Shown here: piece after piece, positions 58,224 through 64,000 of the stretch
Position numbering within the stretch: the stretch's first letter is position 1
How the letters are laid out: each line of letters starts with the position of its first letter
IMG/VR virus record: IMGVR_UViG_3300045988_157791
Reading direction: 5' to 3' (one strand)
Origin: a virus
Taxonomy: Duplodnaviria > Heunggongvirae > Uroviricota > Caudoviricetes
Length of the DNA stretch: 64,000 nt
The notes under the pieces: model-generated
Told to the model about the DNA's origin: nothing
Databases searched by the model: none
What the model saw: the letters and a program-made list of their open reading frames with translations, nothing else
Program-made: the position numbers and the translations under genes

Positions 58224-58613
58224 CTACATCACGGGACAATCATCAAACTCGCCACTTCTTGCGTCGTTGATAATGTGAGTGATCACACCAAACACGGCAT
58301 TGCTGCCCGTGCATCCATCGTCATCCTTTGGCAATGCTTCCTTCTTACCGGTTCTTAAATCCTCCAGATGCTGACGTGGGTACTTCCGGTATCTTTTTAC
58401 GCGATATTCCCCATCCAGAGCGCATACAAGCAGAGAACCATCAACTGGGGTAAGTGAGGAATCAACCACCAGCAATGCACCCTGTAATATTCCCTCACGA
58501 TGATGACTATCAGCTGCCCGCATGAAGTAGGTCGCTGAAGGATGTCTGATTAGTTGCTGATCAAGAGAAATACGGCTCTCTGCATAATCCGCCGCAGGAG
58601 AAGGGAAGCCCAT
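58224..58613 (-). CDS. UmuD'-like S24 peptidase-fold protein (129 aa), lacks the N-terminal cleavage region
   Basis: MGFPSPAADYAESRISLDQQLIRHPSATYF... parallels UmuD from the post-cleavage Gly onward; Ser (ADSH) and Lys (RVKR) positions retained. No umuC-like gene adjacent. Confidence 0.6.
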   Translation of the reverse strand: MGFPSPAADYAESRISLDQQLIRHPSATYFMRAADSHHREGILQGALLVVDSSLTPVDGSLLVCALDGEYRVKRYRKYPRQHLEDLRTGKKEALPKDDDGCTGSNAVFGVITHIINDARSGEFDDCPVM

Positions 58614-58712
58614 AGCGTTTTACCTCAATGATACTGTTTATTCATACAGTATACATTGAAAAGGCATAGTTTGTGAAAGCGGGGTTTGCAGGCGCGCCAC
58701 GCTGGGGGCTAA

Positions 58713-59105
58713 TCACATTGGTGGCGTGAACTTGCCATTCATATATTGCAAAATGCTTGACTCAATTTTTTCATTAAAATCAGAATGATGCTCCTCAAGG
58801 ACAAAGCGCGCCTTATTGTTGCGCACAATAACCTCCGCCAACGGACTAACCAGAGATGTGGAGTTAGAGATTTTCTCGGCGCGCTCTACATCGCTTTTAA
58901 ACGTTACGATGAAGTGCTGGTGGCCTGGTGACCGGCGACACAACATGCGTCGCACTTCCACGGTATCTTCACGGCCTTGAGTATGTACAGGAAAGCTATC
59001 GACCACCGCTGTATTGGTGCGGATTGTCTGCATAGAACGCGTGTTGTCGTGATAGTTAAGCATGTTTAATGTCTTCCCCATCTTGCCGTTATTTTCTTGG
59101 TGCAT
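58713..59105 (-). CDS. hypothetical protein (130 aa)
   Basis: ORF in leftward operon; no recognisable motif. Confidence 0.4.
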   Translation of the reverse strand: MHQENNGKMGKTLNMLNYHDNTRSMQTIRTNTAVVDSFPVHTQGREDTVEVRRMLCRRSPGHQHFIVTFKSDVERAEKISNSTSLVSPLAEVIVRNNKARFVLEEHHSDFNEKIESSILQYMNGKFTPPM

Positions 59106-59340
59106 CCTCGTTCTGATACACCGGATGGCTTCCTTTTGGCAACTGGAGGCTTAACTGCCGGTAGTGCCGTAACCGTTCCATGAAATAGGTGCGCAGGTTC
59201 TCTGGTTGCTCGCGGGCTACCTGTTCAGCTATGACAGGTATGTTCAATCGCTCTTTGTACGCCACACCGCTGGCAGCCAGATCAACGTTAACCTTATCCC
59301 GTTCTTCCTGACTTTTAGCTGCAATATTCCAGTCGCTCAT
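59089..59340 (-). CDS. hypothetical small protein (83 aa)
   Basis: Charged small ORF, overlaps downstream start. Confidence 0.4.
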   Translation of the reverse strand: MSDWNIAAKSQEERDKVNVDLAASGVAYKERLNIPVIAEQVAREQPENLRTYFMERLRHYRQLSLQLPKGSHPVYQNEDAPRK

Positions 59341-59342
59341 AT

Positions 59343-59615
59343 TTAAGGCTCACATTTCCAGATGGTATTCTGAACACCCGAACCGGGCGCAAGATTAGGG
59401 TTAGCGTTCGCGCTATGCTGATATACTGCTTTAGACTTCCCATATTGCTGACAGGCTTTATCTGCGGTTTTTTGCAGGCTATCCAGGCCATACCAACCAT
59501 CTGACTGTATGCTTACCTTTTCACCGTCGTTGTATTGCACCATTGCACACCCAGATATAGCCAGTATCGCGCCGACAATAACGCTTTTCCATAAAACTCT
59601 ATGCAACATATACAA
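59343..59615 (-). CDS. small lipoprotein (90 aa)
   Basis: Signal peptide with lipobox AISGC. Confidence 0.5.
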   Translation of the reverse strand: MYMLHRVLWKSVIVGAILAISGCAMVQYNDGEKVSIQSDGWYGLDSLQKTADKACQQYGKSKAVYQHSANANPNLAPGSGVQNTIWKCEP

Positions 59616-59654
59616 AAATCCCCTCTGTGAATTGAGGGGATTTTAGCATGGTGA

Positions 59655-60413
59655 TCAGATATCGGCCTTATTCGGAATTTTATCAGCCACCAGCGGCAAT
59701 AAAGCCTTCGCCATTTCATGAACCAACATGGCATCAATGACGCCTAGCGTATGGACCGGCTTAATCTTTAATGCGGCCTCAAGATAGCCTCTTTCCAGAG
59801 TGGTTTTTACGCTTTTCTTGGGCGATTGTTGGGAACTATCCGGAAAATCCGGATGGTTGCCAGCCAGTCTACGCAAAACGGCCTTAACAGCCTCAATACG
59901 GTCATCATCAACTTTTTCTACAATATTGGAATTTAAATACTTCGAAGCCTTGCTATGCCAATCGCTGGTTTTAGGGTCTTGTCCATCCATCAAACGCCAA
60001 GCTTCAGCGATTAACTCATAGCCAGTAACAGTGGCTTCCTGCGCATCACCAATCAGTTGTGTGATCTCTCTTTCAAGCATGCTTAGAGCGTTAGGCATTG
60101 GTTTTTCTTCCGGTACTACTGGCACTGGAGGGGCGGCGTATACTTCAATTGTCCCATTATCAATAGGCCATTCTCCATCCTTGAGGTAGTCACTTGTGCC
60201 GTCAACTTGCTGTTCTGCAATGTGGAATGCACCTATTGGTTTTGCCTCAAGCGAGGCCAGTGCAATTCGTGCCAGTTTTAGATCTCGTGCAACCATCTCA
60301 ATAACAACTTTGCAGTCCGCACCTTCTTTACTAACACGTCCTTTCAAGTCTTCCAGATAACTAACGCTTTCGCGTGCATGGGAGATTAACTGTTCTTTGG
60401 TTAAGGTGGTCAT
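59655..60413 (-). CDS. hypothetical protein (252 aa)
   Basis: ORF in leftward early-type operon. Confidence 0.45.
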   Translation of the reverse strand: MTTLTKEQLISHARESVSYLEDLKGRVSKEGADCKVVIEMVARDLKLARIALASLEAKPIGAFHIAEQQVDGTSDYLKDGEWPIDNGTIEVYAAPPVPVVPEEKPMPNALSMLEREITQLIGDAQEATVTGYELIAEAWRLMDGQDPKTSDWHSKASKYLNSNIVEKVDDDRIEAVKAVLRRLAGNHPDFPDSSQQSPKKSVKTTLERGYLEAALKIKPVHTLGVIDAMLVHEMAKALLPLVADKIPNKADI

Positions 60414-60634
60414 TAGGCAGCTCTCTCAACAACAAGCAATTCGTCGTAGTCATAATCCGTTTCGGAACCATCCGTACCGAACAGAGTCACTTTGTCACCT
60501 TCCATCCAGAAAGATTTAACCGCACATCGTTTGCCTTTAGATGTTATGACCACATCACCTTGGGTTACATCTTCAGCGCGAACTTCTACTGTTCTCATAA
60601 TGCTGACCCTCTTTGGTGAAAACGCCTGATGCAA
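60413..60634 (-). CDS. hypothetical small protein (73 aa)
   Basis: Start/stop abuts the downstream gene. Confidence 0.35.
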   Translation of the reverse strand: MHQAFSPKRVSIMRTVEVRAEDVTQGDVVITSKGKRCAVKSFWMEGDKVTLFGTDGSETDYDYDELLVVERAA

Positions 60635-61139
60635 TACTGTTTATGATGCTGTCAGTACAGGGAGTAGAAAGCTGGGCATCTCCAGCTATTTTCATGACTT
60701 CGACATTCGCATATCGAATACCGAGGTGTATCAGACCTGCTATACCTGACTTAAGTCGAACATTTTCCATAAACAGATCCTTTTCCCGCTGTTTAACGGT
60801 CTCCAGCTCAACACGCAGTTTCTCAAGCGTTAGGGCCATCTCTACGTTCTCCTGCTCAAGACGTCGGATGTGTTGCTGTCTTTTATCCAGTTCGTCCAGC
60901 AGTGCAATCACATCGGGATCACTATCATCAACTACTGTTACGCGTGATTTTTCATAATGTTCATCTGCAAAAGTACGCCCTATCTTAAAATATCCGTCAT
61001 CACTCTCACCGGAACAGGCATAAACAACATGTGCTCCAGATATGCGCTGTATTGACATTTCCTCGCCACAAACAGAGCATTTAGGCGCTGGTTTTGGTGA
61101 ATAACGTTCACGTAACGTCAGGTAGTAAATCTCATTCAC
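60573..61139 (-). CDS. zinc-ribbon plus coiled-coil protein (188 aa)
   Basis: CSVCGEE...YACSG zinc-ribbon-like N-terminus followed by a coiled-coil segment (RRLEQENVEMALTLEKLRVELETVKQREKDL). Confidence 0.45.
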   Translation of the reverse strand: MNEIYYLTLRERYSPKPAPKCSVCGEEMSIQRISGAHVVYACSGESDDGYFKIGRTFADEHYEKSRVTVVDDSDPDVIALLDELDKRQQHIRRLEQENVEMALTLEKLRVELETVKQREKDLFMENVRLKSGIAGLIHLGIRYANVEVMKIAGDAQLSTPCTDSIINSIASGVFTKEGQHYENSRSSR

Positions 61140-61591
61140 TGTTTATTTCCTGTACGAAGCTCAGCGGCAAAAGCTACTGCGTGATCATGATGTTCAAGTG
61201 TGTATGCGCACTCAGCAAACATCTCCACGCCCTGCGCACGTACTTCAGCCAGAAAAGCATCGGTGGCTGGAGTCTCCGTTAATTCGCTAACCCAATTATC
61301 TCCGTGTTCCTCGGCACACATCGCATCGAATGCTCGCTCAGATTCTTTCAGGGCTGCATTCTCCGCCGCTAATGCGTCTCTCTGCGCCCGCAACTTCTCA
61401 ATTTCAGCAGCCATGTAGTAACCAACCATAGCGAAGACGGCAAAAGAGTTGTCTGCCTCATCAGGCGACACTGAGGCCATTAGCAGGCCATCGTAAAAAT
61501 CGTGACTCCCATTGGTGATCGCCACCGCATAGGAGTCGTGGTTCTCGCGCTTGTGAATGAGAACTACGGGATTTTCGATTTTGTTACTCAT
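61136..61591 (-). CDS. hypothetical protein (151 aa) with coiled-coil segment
   Basis: 4-nt overlap with the downstream gene; AGAAAACAATTT operator-like motif upstream near 61650. Confidence 0.45.
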   Translation of the reverse strand: MSNKIENPVVLIHKRENHDSYAVAITNGSHDFYDGLLMASVSPDEADNSFAVFAMVGYYMAAEIEKLRAQRDALAAENAALKESERAFDAMCAEEHGDNWVSELTETPATDAFLAEVRAQGVEMFAECAYTLEHHDHAVAFAAELRTGNKQ

Positions 61592-61729
61592 GTGTTTTTC
61601 TCTTCTTTGCTGTTACATAAGCACTACCAAGTGCTGGTTTATTTTCACAAATAAGAAAATGTAGAAAACAATTTATTTAAGGCCATAAGTCATGGCCTTT
61701 ATTTATTCATGCAGAAGGATTTGTAGCGC

Positions 61730-62110
61730 CTAATTGCCGTATAAAATGGGTTGAGGCGCTTGCCAGTAAGCTCCACCGTCCCATGTGAACCCCATGCGAA
61801 TAAGAGTGTTTATTGCGGCTTTGGTAGACTCTGATTCGACGCTGACTTTTCGAAACTCTTGAACCTCTTTCGCCAACTTGTATGTAATTGTGCAGGGGAC
61901 GATTGCAGCCCAGCCTTTCTCATGACTGTTAATGACCATCTGGATGTGACCATCCAGAATAGGTTGATCAGGCATGTTATTGAAAACGTCTGCCTGTTTT
62001 TGAATGTGAAGAAAAAGCCTTGCCAGCTCCATTTGCTCACTACGAGACAAGGGATTATCAAGAGGGCTTTTTGCAAAAGCGGCTATACGCTGTGCGTCAA
62101 TGCCAAACAT
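61730..62110 (-). CDS. hypothetical protein (126 aa)
   Basis: Start abuts the stop of 62110-62814. Confidence 0.45.
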   Translation of the reverse strand: MFGIDAQRIAAFAKSPLDNPLSRSEQMELARLFLHIQKQADVFNNMPDQPILDGHIQMVINSHEKGWAAIVPCTITYKLAKEVQEFRKVSVESESTKAAINTLIRMGFTWDGGAYWQAPQPILYGN

Positions 62111-62814
62111 CAGCGCACCTCACCATCTTTATGGCTGGAGTTAACTTCCGTCATTAAATGTCTGACGTAATCGACAAGAGAGCCGCCTGGTGGAATCTGG
62201 CATTCCTCAACTAACTGGAAGTAGATATCCGCTGCATTACGTGTATTGCTACCCGCGCATATTCTTTCTTCCCGAAGTGCATGAAGCTCGTTGATCAAAC
62301 GGTCACACTCTCCGTTACGCTGATCCACAACAGCCTCAAGTTCTGCGACGCGTTCACCTGGCGTCTTACCTTCTTTGCGTTGGATGGTAACGACGAAATC
62401 GCCAATTGCAGGGACGTTGTAATCCAGCTCAAGGTAGTTTTTGGCACCGCTGCGGACGAACTCACCCGCGAACATGGTGGCGAACATCGCAGAGGCCACT
62501 TCGCCGTTGAAAAGTGACTCCAGATCTAACGGAGTCCCGGCATCAAGAGCCTCTTTTGCTGTATCCATTGCATCCATGAACCGATCAAACTCATTGGCGC
62601 GCTTTTCCAAGTTTTTCCATTGCTCGCTCCAACGTTTGGCAACGAAGTCTATGAATGTTTTCGCGGATTCATCAAAATCCCCCTCAAACTTAACGATGCC
62701 TTTATCAATAATGATCTGGCCTACCGCATCCTCTGCATAACCTTTCAATGTAAACTTGAAAGGAAAATCAGAATGGCCTGTGACGTTAAAATGCTCTAAC
62801 TGGAGGTTGTTCAT
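62110..62814 (-). CDS. hypothetical protein (234 aa)
   Basis: Preceded by TAGGTAAGTATTTACCTATC motif at 62855-62880. Confidence 0.45.
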   Translation of the reverse strand: MNNLQLEHFNVTGHSDFPFKFTLKGYAEDAVGQIIIDKGIVKFEGDFDESAKTFIDFVAKRWSEQWKNLEKRANEFDRFMDAMDTAKEALDAGTPLDLESLFNGEVASAMFATMFAGEFVRSGAKNYLELDYNVPAIGDFVVTIQRKEGKTPGERVAELEAVVDQRNGECDRLINELHALREERICAGSNTRNAADIYFQLVEECQIPPGGSLVDYVRHLMTEVNSSHKDGEVR

Positions 62815-62875
62815 GTGTTTTTCTCTTATCGTTTAGTAACTACATTCTTACACAAATTAGGTAAGTATTTACCTA

Positions 62876-63931
62876 TCATTTAACGCGTTTGAAAACGTAT
62901 ACGCTGACTGTGATCCCTGTGTCTTCAAACTCGTTGGTAAACGACTTCCCTCTGGCATAAACGTAATTATCCATCGTCATCCAGTCCAGTATTGGCGCAG
63001 TGCCCGGCAATACTGCTACAAGACGCCCGCCGACTTTCAGATGCCCCAGCGCAGCCAGCGTGTGCTCTCTATGACGACCAAGCGAGTACGGCGGGTTCAT
63101 AACGATTTTGTCGAACTGATAACCTACGTTGTCCTCAGACCACTTTATGAAGTCGCAGCAAATCGTGTTCGTATACCCTTTTCCGCGCAGGATATCAGCG
63201 AAGAGAGGTGCGATTTCTATGCAGGTAACATCTTCCAGATCGGCGTTGATATAGGCCAGAAGATCCCCACGTCCGGCTTGAGGCTCCAGCAGCTTCTCAC
63301 CAGACTTCAATTCAGTGGCTCTGGCAACGTACTCAGCAATCAAGCGTGGGGTAGGGTAGAACTGGTGTGATTTTGTATCCGGTATTAATCCGGTAGCCAC
63401 AATCGTATTTAGCGTATGGCCGATCTCATACGGGAACTGCCAGTGCTTTTTCTCCTGCACGCCGCCAATGAAGCTCAGTGTGCGCTCAAGCTCTTCCACC
63501 TGCGACTTCTGGAGAGCTGAATCAGAGAAGTACCATACGCCTTTGTCTTTGCTTAATCGCCCGTCACGAAGCGCAGTGCGAACCGGCACGGAGATCGTCT
63601 TCTGGATTAACCCGAACTGCTTTGGTGCCCGTGTTTTTGGCGCGGTGCGACATGGCGCGGGGATTGCAGCAGGCATACTGTAAGCCAGCACCTCATTCAA
63701 CTTCCAGGCCACGTCAGGATGTATTTCAAAGTGAACGTTGCCGTTCTTGAACATCTTCACGCGCATTAGATTTCCATCGACGTTCATCCAGTCACCGGTC
63801 TGGCAGTCGTTTGCCCGATACGCAGCTGATAGCACCTCAGCAGTGCGGTTGATGGTAATAAATTCTTTGTGCGCGAAGAAATGAAGCAAGACACGCAGAT
63901 CGTCGATATAGTCCTCTTTGCGATAGTTCAC
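62876..63931 (-). CDS. N6-adenine DNA methyltransferase
   Basis: Motif I LEPQAGRGDL (S-adenosylmethionine binding) and motif IV NPPY; no restriction endonuclease gene adjacent in window. Confidence 0.75.
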   Translation of the reverse strand: MNYRKEDYIDDLRVLLHFFAHKEFITINRTAEVLSAAYRANDCQTGDWMNVDGNLMRVKMFKNGNVHFEIHPDVAWKLNEVLAYSMPAAIPAPCRTAPKTRAPKQFGLIQKTISVPVRTALRDGRLSKDKGVWYFSDSALQKSQVEELERTLSFIGGVQEKKHWQFPYEIGHTLNTIVATGLIPDTKSHQFYPTPRLIAEYVARATELKSGEKLLEPQAGRGDLLAYINADLEDVTCIEIAPLFADILRGKGYTNTICCDFIKWSEDNVGYQFDKIVMNPPYSLGRHREHTLAALGHLKVGGRLVAVLPGTAPILDWMTMDNYVYARGKSFTNEFEDTGITVSVYVFKRVK

Positions 63932-64000
63932 ACTAACGCTGTCCCGCCAGAAATCAGAAATGCAGTCAGCGATTATCAGACGTTCGCTGAAACCGTTTGT

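Noticed and set aside
1-64000. Integrase, transposase or insertion sequence anywhere in the window
   Set aside because: No ORF shows tyrosine-recombinase, serine-recombinase or DDE motifs; absence is reported as a finding rather than forcing a call.

Overview
The window is mostly one large temperate siphovirus-like element (about 1 to 54.8 kb, almost all genes on the minus strand), followed by a short host core segment (metG and apbC/mrp, 54.9 to 58.2 kb) and then a second phage-like early region (58.2 to 64 kb). From the left: a phage tRNA cluster (Thr partial, Tyr, Asn) and a structured non-coding leader; a replication module (ATP-dependent DNA ligase, DnaG-like primase, DnaB-like helicase); a lone plus-strand GIY-YIG nuclease; a ParA/ParG-like partition pair and a DUF1778/GNAT toxin-antitoxin pair; a candidate lysis module; then a lambda-like late operon read right to left (TerS, TerL, portal, scaffold, capsid, Ig-like decoration, neck proteins, major tail, G/T chaperones, tape measure, M/L/K/I-like, a 1577-aa J-like tip protein, a 1345-aa repeat-rich tail fibre). 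Upstream of terminase lie an uncharacterised five-gene operon (two ParB-like proteins, a minimal ABC ATPase, a GNAT-like protein, a winged-helix protein) and a divergent SF2 helicase. The 44.5 to 54.8 kb stretch is an accessory island of small, often acidic genes, several with their own copy of a conserved promoter/operator cassette, plus two iteron-like arrays and an 800-bp GT-skewed repeat region. No integrase, transposase, CRISPR array or rRNA was seen. All calls rest on motif-level reading of the supplied ORF track and DNA; no database search was run, and start codons are approximate where noted.
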